Positions 52,017-64,000 of a DNA stretch of 64,000 nt are shown one piece after another (the first letter of the stretch is position 1; each line of letters begins with the position of its first letter). A program made the position numbers and the translations under genes. The notes beneath the pieces were generated by a model. The model was not told the origin of the DNA. It did no database searches and saw only the letters and a list, made by a program, of their open reading frames with translations. The stretch is from Octopus vulgaris (Eukaryota). The DNA lies in contig OX597822.1 of the NCBI GenBank assembly GCA_951406725.2, positions 90,830,001 through 90,894,000 of the forward strand, given 5' to 3'.

Positions 52017-52451
52017 GGCACAGATGTGGCTGTGTGGTAAGAAGCTTGCTTCCCAACCATTTGGTTCTGGGTTCAGTCCCAATGTGTGGCATCTTGGACA
52101 AGTGTCTTCTACTATAGCCTCAAGCCGACCAAAGCCTTGTGAGTGGATTTGGCAGATGGAAACTGAAAGAAGCATGTTGTCTATATATATATATATTTAT
52201 TTATTTATGTGTGTGTATATATTTATTTATTTATGTGTGTGTCTATGTTTGTTTCCCCACTATTGCTTGACAACCAGTGTTGGTGTATTTATGTCCCCGT
52301 AACTTAGCAGTTTGGCAAAAGAGACAAAATAAGTACCAGACTTACAAAGAAAATGTCCTGGGGTCAATTTGTTCGTCTAAAAATCCCTTTAAAGCGGTGC
52401 TCCAGCATGACTGCAGTTAAATGACTGAAACAAGTAAAAGAATAAAAGAAT
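52017..52451 (+). mobile_element. tRNA-derived SINE family A, full length
   Basis: A box tggctgtgtgg, B box ggttcagtccc, internal microsatellite, tail gtgctccagcatg...ctgaaacaagtaaaagaataaaagaa. Confidence 0.82.
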
Positions 52452-52659
52452 GTTAGATATTGGCCCAAAAGCTTGATTTTAGAGAAGGATATTTGAGTTA
52501 TGTTATATATTCCTTTACTAATACAAATAGCATAAATGAAATGAAAGGAAGTAAAGCCAAGTTATGTTTTTGGTTTACTAGGAACTTACACCTTATAAGA
52601 CAATTCTAGATATTTTGAGGGAGATTATTGATATAAATCTTTTTTTATTATTATGGCTG

Positions 52660-53022
52660 GATTCCAACCAGGGCCATGACAACAAGGTCCATTTGCCACA
52701 CTTCTTGGTCCATCATCACTGCTTCTAGGTCCTGGATACATTCTAGGCTAGTGTCTGCAATATAGTTGTTGATGTGAGCATATCAACGATTTCCTCTTCT
52801 TACATCACCATGAAGTGGGTTCCCCAAGACTAATTTGGATGCTTCCATTTAAGGGTGGTGCACACAGTGAGCAGATAGTCACAGCTGTCTTTGCCTGATT
52901 AGCCATCTTTACCTGATCAACGGCCTTTGCTTGATTTTCTCAATAACTTTCAGCAGGTCTCCATAAAGGCATTCATTTGTCATATGTTGCTGTCATTTCA
53001 CATTTAGGGCTATTCATAGCAT
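52660..53022 (-). mobile_element. RTE-type LINE C-terminal fragment
   Basis: Minus strand IALNVK*QQHMTNECLYGDL...AHCVHH. Confidence 0.6.
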
Positions 53023-53931
53023 AATATAAACTATTTTCTTTTAAGGTTCCTTACCTTATGCAATGAGAGACCCTTAGTTTTGAAATAATTATTTCTCCCC
53101 ATAATTTAAACCCTAGTTTGAATCAACTCTAACATTATGTACATATCCAGGAATAAACCATCAAGATAAAAAAAAAAATTAGTATTTAAAATAGTAGTCC
53201 CATGATCATTTGTGACCCAGTCTTAATGTATTGAAATAATATGAAAAATGTGACATTAATACCATTTCTTCATTCTGATGATGAGACTGATGTCTTGACA
53301 TATAATAGTCTATTGAGTTTAGTTACACTATTGTTCCAAATAAACATAAAAGACAAATGAAATATGAAAAGTCCTTAATAAAAAAGATCAAACATACTTG
53401 TGTCTCTAATATAACTGGAGTGGAAGGAAAGATGTTCCCTACTTACACAAACATATACACACACACGTTTATTTTTACAAAAATTAAAGTTCTTCAGTGA
53501 CTTCAAAGATTCACCAGTCATCAACTAAACTTCAAAATCACTGTCAACCTTTTCCTTATAAGGACACATTTTATACTCTATTTAAATGTGCCTCCTTCAA
53601 TGAATGTTTGGTTGTTTCTATATATGATTACATGTAAAAAAAAAAATGTATATTGTTTGTATATTACACTTCTAAACAAATTTTATTAAATATTACCATT
53701 TATCCTTTTCTCTAACATGAGAACTAACTTTAATCTTCTTTAAACATTTCTATTAACAAGAGGTATTTGAAAATTTGTCGGTTTTATCAATTTTGTAATA
53801 TCTGCACTTTTGTACCCATTCAATGTTATTCCTTCTTTTGAGTGATTGTAGAAAAAAAAATGTTACATTTTGACTACTTAGTAAAAGTTTTTTTCATTTA
53901 AGATATTCCTCTAATTTAAATCATTTTCCAG

Positions 53932-56760
53932 GAAAAAATTGAAATGCAGCAACGAATAATTCAGCTAGAAGAGGCAAAAAGTAAACTGGAAGAAGAGCAT
54001 GCTGAGTTTATGGATAAGTCACGATTAGCAAATGAAGATCTTGTAAAAGAGCTTACTGAGAGGCACTCAGCTGAACTAACTAAAGCCTTAGAAGAGCAAG
54101 AGTCTCAGTCAATGGAAAAATTGCAAAGTTATATTCAAAAACATTCTGAAGAATTGGAAGTTCTCAGGATCAACCATCAAGAAGAATTTGTAAATTCCAA
54201 TACTGAGCTTTACAACTACTACGAGAGCAAACTTGAAAAGGTACTTTCTGGGTATAAACAAATGTTGTCAGAGAAGAACAATCAACTGGAACAGGCAAAC
54301 CATAATGTTCAAGTTTGTAAAGAAAAAATGTCTGCTATGCAGGTACAATTTGAATCACGCACCCAAGGCTTTGAAACTCGTCTGGCAGAGCTTCAAAAGA
54401 CTCTACAAAGTGAGAAAGACAATTGCATTAAATTACAAAAAGAAATGGAAAACAGCAAAATTCAGTATGAAGAAGGCATCCAGAATCTGAAAGATCAATG
54501 TAATGAAAGATTTAACTATGTGCACCAACTAGAAGAGGAGAAAGGTATTCTCGAAAAGGAGCTGGAATTGACACGCCTTTCTAAAATGGAATTAGAAAAA
54601 CAAGTGACTAAAGAGTTGGACAAACAAGCATCGCATTCTGGTGAAGAACTTTCAAAAATTCAAACACTAGAAAAAGAGCATCAAAAATTTATTGAAACAA
54701 TTACTTTAATGACAGTAAAAGAAGAAACTATGAAAAAAGAAAGTACCTCTTTGGACAAAGAATTGAAGCTTATCAAAGAGAAAAACAATCAACTGTTAGA
54801 CACTATAGATTCTAAAGAAAAAAAATTGTTGGATGTAGAAGCAACATTTGAGAGCCTTTTGAAGACAAATGAAAAAATGAATGAAGAATTAGAAACAAGC
54901 AAACTTCTAGTTAACACTTTAGAACAAGAGAAAGAACAATGTAAAGAAGAAATTCAGTGCTTACAGAGTAATTTAACTCAACAAGGAAATGATATTGAGA
55001 AAATGATGCAGGAAAACGTCTTCTTTAAATCGCACGGTAATGAATTGGAAGAGAAAAATGCAAATCTTGAAAAGGAGTTAAATTTGAAGATAGTAGCATT
55101 TGAAGAAAAAATTATTGAATTGGAAAATTCCCTACAAAAGATTACTGAGCTGAGAGAAGAAAATGATTGCTTGAAGAAGTTAAATGAATCTCTTGAAGAT
55201 GACAAATTTCAGCTTAACACAGAATGGAAAATTAAAATGGATAAATTGCAGGCAGTAAAAGATGCTGAACTAAGTGATGTTTCAGAAGAACATTCCACAA
55301 AGTTGATGAACTCTATATGTGAATACCAAGACAAATTGAAGGATATGGCAAGCATTAAAGAACAATTAACTCTGGAGAAAAATGAAGCTATCAAAGAATC
55401 AAACTTGGTGCAACAACAGCTAGCAAAAAAGTACCAAGAAGCAGAATCTATCATCATTGTCCTTAATGATAAGAATTCAGATTATGAGAAACAAATCAAG
55501 GAATTGTTGATTAAAACTGAATCAGTAGATGAGATCAAGCAAGAATTGATGGAAAATAGATTACTTATGCAACAACAAGTTGACAATCTTCAACAAGAAA
55601 ATAGCCAATTAAAAGAAAAGTATGAGGAAGAAATGAGTGAGAAAGATTCTAAGATGTCTTTGCTACAGACTTCACTAGAGCAGAAATTAGCAGAAAAAAC
55701 TTGTGAAATTGAAGAACTACAAAGTCAGTTGAGTAATAATCAAATAAATGATGCAGAATTACAGGAAAATTTGAAAACTCTTCGGGAGAAATTGTCTGTT
55801 GCTGAAGATAAACTTAGTGATTGTATCCAAAACTATGACAGAGATATTGAAGAACTTAAAGCAAATGTTGAAGCACGTGAAAATGAACTCAGTAAAAAAA
55901 CTCATGAATTTCATCAGAAGGAAAATCAGCTCAAAGCTAAAATTGACGATTTGGATTCTCATTTCAAAGATAATCAGGCTGAAACGAATAATAAAATAAT
56001 GTTGCTAGAATCTCGGATACAAGAAAGTCAAGAGAAACATCTACAAATTGAAGACTTACAGGAAAAAATTGATATTCTAGCAAAAGACAAAGAATCTCTA
56101 ACTGATGAATTAAAAGAAGCTACTTCCAAGTTAGTTGAATATACGAAATCTAATGAGGAGAAACACATTTCAGAAAAAGAAAATGAAAATCTCTTGAAAG
56201 AAGTAGAATCTTTAAGAAATATCAAGGTAAATATAGAATGTCAATTAGATGAAAAAGAAACTTTTTGTCAGGAATATAGTGTCAAAATTAATGAAGTTGA
56301 AGAGAAACTTAGACAAAGTGAAGATAATTTAAAACTAGTTCAAGGAAATTATGAGCAGCTTCAAAAGAAATATGAAATTCTAAACTGTTCTACAAAAAGT
56401 GTTGCTGAAGAAATCCAAGAGAAGCAAGCTGAAGTAGTGTCTGTTTCTCAGAAATTGAGTTTAGCTGTTTCTGAACGAGATCAGTTAAAAGCTGAAATGG
56501 AAAAGAAAATAAACGAACTTCTTGAAGATCATCAATTAAAGTTAACCAAAATGGAGACAGAAGCTAATAATAAGAAAGCAGAATATAAAAAAAAGGCTGA
56601 AATCTATATCTCTCAGCTTAAGAAGCAATCTGAAGAATGTCAGCAGACAGCAATATCTGAACAAAAGAAATCGACAAAAGAAATTGAACACTTGAAAGAA
56701 GAGTTGAAGAAAATAAAAAATGAAAAGAAATTGATGGAAGAAGATTTTGCTCAATGGAAG
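53932..56760 (+). CDS. GOLGA4: GOLGA4-like very large (2829 nt) coiled-coil exon 8 in window
   Basis: ttttccag|GAA; long E/K/Q/L heptad ORF (ORF track 53944-56961); probable donor TGGAAG|gtttgt at 56760/56761, after which composition changes. Confidence 0.85.
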
Positions 56761-56798
56761 GTTTGTACTATATTATACATGTTCAGTTACTATAAAAT

Positions 56799-56925
56799 CA
56801 TTTCAGAAAAACAAAATGAAAATTCAAATCTCTTGAAAGAAATAGAATCTTTAAGAAATATGAAGGCAAATAGAGAATGTCAGTTAGATGAAAAAGAAAC
56901 TTTTTGTCACGAATATAATGTCAAA
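56799..56925 (+). repeat. Diverged in-frame copy of exonic segment 56166-56286
   Basis: ISEKQNENSNLLKEIESLRNMKANRECQLDEKETFCHEYNVK vs ISEKENENLLKEVESLRNIKVNIECQLDEKETFCQEYSVK. Confidence 0.92.
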
Positions 56926-57115
56926 CTCATTCAAGCAGATTGTATATTAAGTTATAGTTAGAATGATCATCACTTTGTTACATGTAATATTCTCATATCC
57001 TTTCTCCCTTATGTCTCTCTCTCTCTTTCTTACACACACACACACACAATTTCTGCTCCTTCCTTTCTCTTTTTCTCCCCCTTTCTTTCCTTATGTATAT
57101 GAGCATGTGTGTATC

Positions 57116-57147
<32 letters not shown>

Positions 57148-57152
57148 GATAC

Positions 57153-57310
57153 TTCAATGTAACCACACACATGCTGTTGGTGATTTCTTTTCCTTCTTTG
57201 GACTTTTCCCATTCTCCTTTCTGACGAAGAGCGATGCTTGAAACATCAAACTCTCTCTTTTCACTGAGCATCAAGCTAATATATTCCCTGTGCATATTCC
57301 TGCTACTGTA
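57153..57310 (+). mobile_element. Hammerhead-bearing repeat family H1, diverged copy 3
   Basis: ttcaatgtaaccacacac...gttggtgattt...ctgagc, homologous to 37983-38150. Confidence 0.6.
57218..57250 (+). ncRNA. Minimal hammerhead motif
   Basis: ttt-CTGACGA-A-GAGC-GAT-GCTT-GAAAC-ATC-aaa; stem III palindrome broken (ACAU). Confidence 0.6.
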
Positions 57311-57399
57311 GGCATCTGTTTTAGTCCCTGCCTAAGCATCCTACCTCTGCCCATCACCTAGGGGTGCTAAATAAAATGCTCTTAATATTGGAGGCTTAT

Positions 57400-60300
57400 A
57401 TAACGAATACACTGCAACTGTGTAATAACAATATAATTGAAACAAATGGCAGTAACCACATGGAACACATCAACAATCTTTTAAGAACCAACAATCCAAC
57501 ACACTAACTTGAATTGTAAACTTTGAACTCCAATTTTGAACTACCAACGCGTGAACTGTGGAACTAGCACAATGATTTTATTGCAACCACAAGGGTTAAA
57601 CAAAGAGGGGACAAATGGGGTCAGAGGCTTATCAAATGATATGACTAAATATATAATTATGAATGAAGACAAAACAAAAAAAATGAATGGATTTGACCCC
57701 ACAAACCACATTCCTGCATTACTCTATTGTGTCCTTTTTTTAGTCCTGCTTAATTTGGCACTTACCCAACATTCGGGCTACTTTCTTCCATCTTCTTTCG
57801 TACTTTTTGGCCGTTAGACATTTCTTCTCCAGACATGCTTTCCTTCTTAGGAGATATAAAAAGAGTTTCTAAAGCATACTTGGAGATGACGATGCCTGAT
57901 GCAATACCTCTTCCACACATCTTTCGTATCACCTCTTTTGCTATAGCTATTACGACTAGAAAACAGAATTTCTCTTCTCCTTTTAGAGGAGACGGTGGAA
58001 CCATCTTAATAATCAGTTTGGCTGACAACTGAACTCTCCCCAGTTGTGACAATACCTGTTTGGTAGAAGCCCACAGGTCCAAGAAACACAGACACTGTAT
58101 GATTGCATGCACAACAGTTTCATATTCTGTCTGCTACGTGGGCATGTAGGCAAAATGGTAATGCCATGCCTCGTGGATTTATCCCAAACTGGCAAGGCAC
58201 TTCAGAATCACAACCAGGCCAGGGACCTCTGGAAGTTGTCCATAAGTCCCAGGCTAAAGTCCTTCAATGTAGGTTGGCAAGCTGACTTTCATTGAAACTC
58301 AGAGTCTCCCCCAGGCTGTCATCACACTTGCTCTCTACCATCCCTCTATAGTATCCCCTCCACAGGCATCACTTGTTTGGGCAAGAAGCACAAGTACCTG
58401 GTGACACTCTGCTTGCCAAGCTTCCAGCCTTGGTCTATGTTTAATCCAGGTTTCCACTTCACCAAAAGAGGTGAACTTAGGAAATATCTTGTCAACAAAT
58501 GGAAACCACACCTGCTCACTGTCCAGACAGAGCCAGAGATGCCTCTCAGCACATGCATGTGCATCTTTAGCCATGGCATCCCTAACCCACCCTTTAGTGA
58601 CTGTTGGCAGCAGGTAGATCGCCTTACAATAAAAAAAATTTCTAAGTACTTAATTTGGGCTAGAAAGAATTTGCATTTTTCTTCACTCAAAGTGAACCTA
58701 AAAACTTCAGTTTTCTTAAACACAGCTTTTATGTGTTCCACATGCTGTTCACAAGAATTACCCTTGATCAAAATATTGTCCAAGTACGGGATTGCAAATT
58801 CACAATCAGATAACATAGTATCCATGATTTGCTGGAATATTGCTGGTGCCACTTTTAAGCCAAAAGGTAATCATGTGCATCTGTAAAATCCTCTGTGTGT
58901 ATTTATTGTCCAATACTTTGAGCATTTTTCATTAAATTTTATCTTTAAATAGGCTTCAGACAGATCTAATTTGGAAAAAAAATTTCCACCATTTAAGTTT
59001 GAAAAAAATGTTCTCTGCAATTGAGAGTGGATGGTGGTATACTTTTAAGCAGTCGTTCAATCTTTTAGAGAAATCGGCACACAGTCTATTCTTCTTTTTT
59101 TTATTACATACTGTGGGTGCCACCCACTTCGAGTAATCCACCTTTTCAATGACTCCACTCTTTTTGAGTCTGTCCAACTCTTCATTTACGGTTTCAATTG
59201 CCATGAACAGTACTTTAGTGTTTGCTTTAAATACAGGTACAGCATTTTCACCTACTTGGAAATAGGCTTCTGTCTTTCTACACAGACCTTTGATAACACT
59301 TGTAGGAACATTTTTTTCAATATTTTCTTCAGTTCTTCCAAAGACTTGTTTTTAACAGGACAACCATTTATGTGATTGCTGTAAAGATTTATGGGGAGGT
59401 GCCATAAATCGAATAGTTCTCACCAACTTGTGCCAAAAAGATTGATTGTGTTATCCACAACAAATAATTTTGCTTCGCATGTCTCTCCTTGAAATGTGAC
59501 ATCAATACATGTTTTGCCTATGAAGTGTGATTTATCACTTATTACACCACACACTATTTTTGCTGTCTTATGTAATCACAGTTTACCAATTTTTTTCCAA
59601 ATATTAACATTTATAATTGAGATGTTATTACCTAACTGTAATTTGGTTTTCACATTATTTATTGTTATGTGCATGAATTTTCTTGTTTTTCTGTTGCAAT
59701 CACTCTCTGCTGAAAATACCTTAGAACTTTTTGTGTTTGAGCCTTGTAGTCTTGTTCTACAATGAGAACTCCTGTGTCTCAGCTTCTGACAGCTAAAGCA
59801 TGCTTTGTTTTTAAACTGACAATCCTTTTTGTAATGTAGGCCTCCACAACCATAACACAGATTGGGGACTGGCACTTGTTTTTGATTGTGGGACAACACA
59901 TTTGAATTTTTGTAGAGTCTTTATCTTGTATTTTTTTCACATCATGTTTAAGATTTACCATAGTCTGACATTCTTCTGCGATGGTCTGTAGAAATAAATC
60001 CTGGTTTGCTTGCTCTATTTTCAAGAAAATCCTTGCCTGAATTTCTCTATCTTCAGGTGCTATAAATCTTTACACAAAGATAAGTGATTTGAGCATATCC
60101 TGAGTGAGATCCTGGAGTTTGAAATTTTCGCACATACAGTTGACTACTCTGGTGTAAGTGAGAAAATCATCCTCCTCACTTTTTGTTAAGTTCCAACATT
60201 CCATTCTGGTGTTGTATAATGAACTTCTATCACAAACAAAATTTTGAAAGCAATTCCTGTTTCTTGGAAACCAGTCTCATTCAACTTTTTGGGTAGAATA

Positions 60301-60970
60301 AGGCTAGAGTAATGCTCATGTTCAGCAGGAGCTACCTTGTGTAGTAAAAGGCTTACTTTCTGCTCCTCCAACCATGACTTGCACTCATTATTAAAAATTT
60401 CCTCATATCTTCTATAATACGCAGGAAACGTAATACCCACCTCCGGCTTATATGTAAATTCAGAAATTGTGTTAGCCATGCTATCTGGCGTAAACGATCT
60501 TACTGGACTTTTAGACTACAACTGTAACTCAATTAATTGTTATTGCTGTTGTTGTAGTATTTGTTTTTGCAACTCCTGTAGTTGCTCCTGTTGCTTCTCT
60601 TGAAGCTTTTCTACTGCGGCTAATAGGTTTTCCATGACGCAGAAATTGTCAAATAGCCAATATGAGTTTCAAATGATCCTCGTCATCAGATGTTGTATCC
60701 TCATGGACGAACAAATACACAGCAACAGTTTAATAACAATATGATTGAAACAAGCGGCAGCAACCACATGGAATTTAAAAACAATCTTTTAAGAACCAAC
60801 AATCCAACATGCTAACTCAAACTGTAAACTTCGAGCTCCAACTTTGAATTATCAACACACGAACTGTGGAACTAGCACAAACTACCTTACTTATTCAGAC
60901 CGCTACTATTTATATTTAGTGGTCCAATCCATTCTTGCCCGGGGGGTGGGGTTAATACTCTCACACAACA
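57400..60970 (-). mobile_element. Gypsy/Ty3 (Mag-like) LTR retrotransposon, degenerate
   Basis: 5' LTR 60691-60970 with TGTTGT...ACAACA termini; PBS-like tgatgacgaggat (cf. tRNA-Ser TGGCGACGAGGAT); gag TFPAYYRRYEEIF, two CCHC knuckles, RT APAIFQQIMD..YLDN; partial 3' LTR 57400-57572. Confidence 0.88.
57573..58630 (-). mobile_element. L1/Tx1-clade LINE 3' fragment inside the Gypsy element
   Basis: CCQQSLKGGLGMP motif; TCPRS...ETVVHAIIQC zinc-knuckle remnant; minus-strand AATAAA near 57580. Confidence 0.6.
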
Positions 60971-61143
60971 GGGGTGCCTATAATTCTGTGTAACATCATT
61001 TTCTCATAGCCTGTCATAAGAGTGTCTATCCTACATAAACTTTTAGTCTTAACTGAGAATATTAAGAGCCTGACAGAGTTTTTTAGTAATCTAATGCTGG
61101 CACAGAACTTTTGTTGGAAGGAGCAAGAGTACTTATGGAATTT

Positions 61144-62196
61144 TAGCCTGGGAATGATGCCCAGAAAGTTTGCCTGAAAGGGCTCAAGTTCCTTGATCTT
61201 GGGTGTGTACTTCCTAGATTTGATTCCATAGGTGTTGCTTTCTGGGGATGGTGTGGCTAGTTTAGAGTAGAAGACTTTCCATCACATTCATCTTATTACG
61301 TCCATTATTTTCTCCAGCAGCATTCAAGTGAAAAGCTCACTAGATGGTGCATGTTCTTAGTGGAGTAGTCGAGGTCAAAACATTCCATATTGTTGGGAGA
61401 CTTAGTAGTTTCCATGAGTATGTAGAAGTGTGGCCTGCCAGACAGCTATTTAACACAAACCATGTGGCTAGGTGCAAAATGGATTGTCAGTAAATCATAA
61501 AGCCAAAAAAAGAAACATACTCTAAGTTATAGGGCAGTATAGTATAAAGATAGATAAGGCTGGTCTATAGGATAACCCTAGGTTTCATGTCCTTAAAGCA
61601 TTTAGCTTTACAGTAAATCATCAGACCCCAAAACCTGTTATCATATGGCCTCTGTAGCAAGAGGCCTCTCCAGAAAATGGAGGAGGAAAAGTCTTCCTTT
61701 GTCTCCCCTTGGCTATTATTTGTAATCAACTCTGTTATTGTGTAGGCTCCTTTTACATAGCAATGGGAGCCTACAACAGCGCTGATGTATACAACCTCAT
61801 CAGGTTGTATATCCTCGACATCCTTAAGAAGATTTATGATTTACCAATGACCCATCTGACACCCAGCCAGAATGTTTTACAAATACCATGTGTTAAATAG
61901 CTGTCTGGCAGGCCACAATTCTACATACTTGCGGAAACTACTTAGTCTTCCAAGAATATGGAATGTTTTGACCTCAGCTACTCCACTAAGAATATGCCTA
62001 CACCATCGAATGAGCTGTACACTTCAATGCTGCTGGAGAAAATAATGGATGCAATAAGGCAAATATGATGGAAAACCTTCTACCATAACCTATCCCTGGA
62101 AAGCAACACCTACAAGATCAAATCTAAGAAGTTCCCACCCAAGGTCAAGGAACTTGAAACCTTCAAGGCAGGCCTATTGGGCATCATTCTCAGGCT
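61144..62196. mobile_element. Head-to-head inverted Penelope 5' ORF fragments with an RT scrap in the spacer
   Basis: 61144-61475 inverted at 61860-62196; FDLSYSTKNMPTPS..WKTFY..KSKKFPPKVKELETF; spacer FYIAMGAYNSADVYNLIRLYIL. Confidence 0.7.
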
Positions 62197-62224
62197 GCTG
62201 AGTCAAATGAAGTCATTGTTGTGG

Positions 62225-62620
62225 CTGATGACAGTACTGCTTGATTGGCACCTGTGCCGGTGTCATGTTAAAAGCACCATTCGAGCGTGGTCGATGCCAG
62301 TGCTGCCTGACCGGTCCAGTGCTGGAGGCATGTAAAAAACACCATTTGAGCATGGTCATTGCCAGTGCCGCCTGACTGGCTTCCATGCTGGTGGCACATA
62401 AAAAGTACCATTCAAGAGTGGTTGTTTCCAGTGCTGCCATCACTGGCCCTCATGCCTGTGGCACATAAAAAGCACCCACTACACTCTCTGAGTGGTTGGC
62501 ATTAGGAAGGGCAGCCATCTGTAGAAACTTTGCCAGATCAGATTGGAGTCTGGTGCAGCCTTCTGGCTTGCCAACCCTCGGTCAAACTGTGCAACCCATG
62601 GCCATTAAACAATGACAACG
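62225..62620 (+). mobile_element. RTE 3'UTR fragment with tandem units
   Basis: Repeated aaaagcaccattcgagcgtggtc units, then the shared RTE tail. Confidence 0.8.
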
Positions 62621-63057
62621 ACTCTTCTGATTTGCCTTGCAGTTGCTTCGCATTGTTCTAGCCTTACCCACAATCTTTTATACAATATATTCTACACAAT
62701 ACTTCATAGTAATTATTCCATTATATATATATATATATACACTCATGCTTAGACATATGCACATAAAAATATATTCACTTATTAGCATTTTCAGTATACA
62801 GAGACATCCATTGACAGGCCAATGTTTGTGTCCAATCCCCACCCCCAGGCATTAAACATGTGTTGTTTACCATTCTTATCCATTTAGTATCTAAATCACC
62901 CCTTTAATTTATTATCTGTTGACATCTGATTTCATCCCATACATTCTTAACCCTTGGTTGATTTATGATTACACACAACCATGGATTCACTCATCCACAA
63001 TCCAGATTCATACATAATATATATGCATGTACACACACACACACTCACATACATATA

Positions 63058-63345
63058 GGCATAGCTGTGCAGTAAGAAGTTTGCCTCCCAACTATTTGAC
63101 TTCATGTTCAGTCCCACTGTTTGGCACCTTGGACAGGTGTTTTCTACTATAGCCTCGGGCTGACTAAAATCTTATGAATGGATTTGGTAGACGAAAACTG
63201 AAAGAAATCCATCATAAATGTGTGTGCGTGTCTTTCTGCCTGTTTTTTTTTAAAAAAAGAAGTACTGAGGTCAATTCATTTAATTAATATTCTTCAAGGC
63301 AGTATCCCATCATTGCCACATTCTAATAACTGAAACAAGTAAAAA
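63058..63345 (+). mobile_element. SINE family A, degenerate
   Basis: Homologous to 52017-52451. Confidence 0.7.
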
Positions 63346-63586
63346 AAAAAAAAATTATATATATAAGAGTATTGTAGTTTGCTTGAATCATTCCCCTTTC
63401 CTACACATTCACACACATCCACACACACACATGTCCACCCTCACAAATCCCCTCAAAACCAAGCCCATGTGTCTACACATATGGACATACACACACATAT
63501 ACATCTGTATGTACATCCAGCCATGTGCACACATACTCACACATATATACCTACACACACATACATACAGAAATTTTACATATATA

Positions 63587-63635
<49 letters not shown>

Positions 63636-64000
63636 ACATCCATGTGGACACATACATGTACACATATCCGCATGCACACGCATACACACAGATGCATGCA
63701 TGCATTCATAAATACGAAAACATATATTCACATACAACACAAAATGCATTCACATATGCACACATCTACAGAGGTGCTCTCAAGTCCACATCCATGTAAA
63801 TACATACACAAACATTTGGAGATGTATACACTCATGTCCCCACATATAGAAACACATGCATGATCATATATGCTTATATACACAAGCACATACACAGATC
63901 TATACATATATCGATATATATTTATTGATGTATATATAGATATACATACATTGATGCATGCATATATCTATACACACACACATACATATATGCATAATGG

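Noticed and set aside
52017-52090. tRNA gene
   Set aside because: A and B boxes belong to a multi-copy SINE head; no full cloverleaf
53271-53310. CTGATGA-T-GAGAC-TGAT-GTCTT-GACA hammerhead-like string
   Set aside because: GAAA is mutated and there is no convincing stem I; may be chance
56761-56806. Mini-intron using the AG at 56786 or 56806
   Set aside because: 26 or 46 nt is too short for a typical intron, and either would shift the frame
53944-56961. 1005-aa ORF as a standalone single-exon gene
   Set aside because: It has an acceptor at 53931 and joins upstream exons in frame; it is an internal exon, and the ATG is not a start

Overview
Eukaryotic, AT-rich, repeat-dense animal DNA. The RTE/Penelope/tRNA-SINE/(TA)n landscape suggests a coleoid cephalopod such as Octopus, but this is inference. 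The whole window lies inside one + strand gene, a GOLGA4/golgin-245-like coiled-coil protein. Eight GT-AG exons (2395-56760) join in frame to 1317 codons; the start codon and the GRIP domain lie outside the window. The introns hold a near-intact RTE LINE ORF with an inserted PHD-type finger, many RTE fragments, an open Penelope RT-GIY-YIG ORF and other Penelope remnants. They also hold a Mag-like Gypsy disrupted by a Tx1/L1 fragment, CR1 fragments, Tc1/mariner, hAT and Helentron-type relics, and two tRNA-SINE families. The main signals not in the ORF track are about ten type I hammerhead-ribozyme motifs, several in short non-coding elements embedded in microsatellites, and an in-frame intronic copy of exon sequence that could give a GRIP-less golgin isoform. 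All calls were made by eye without database searches, and repeat boundaries are approximate.
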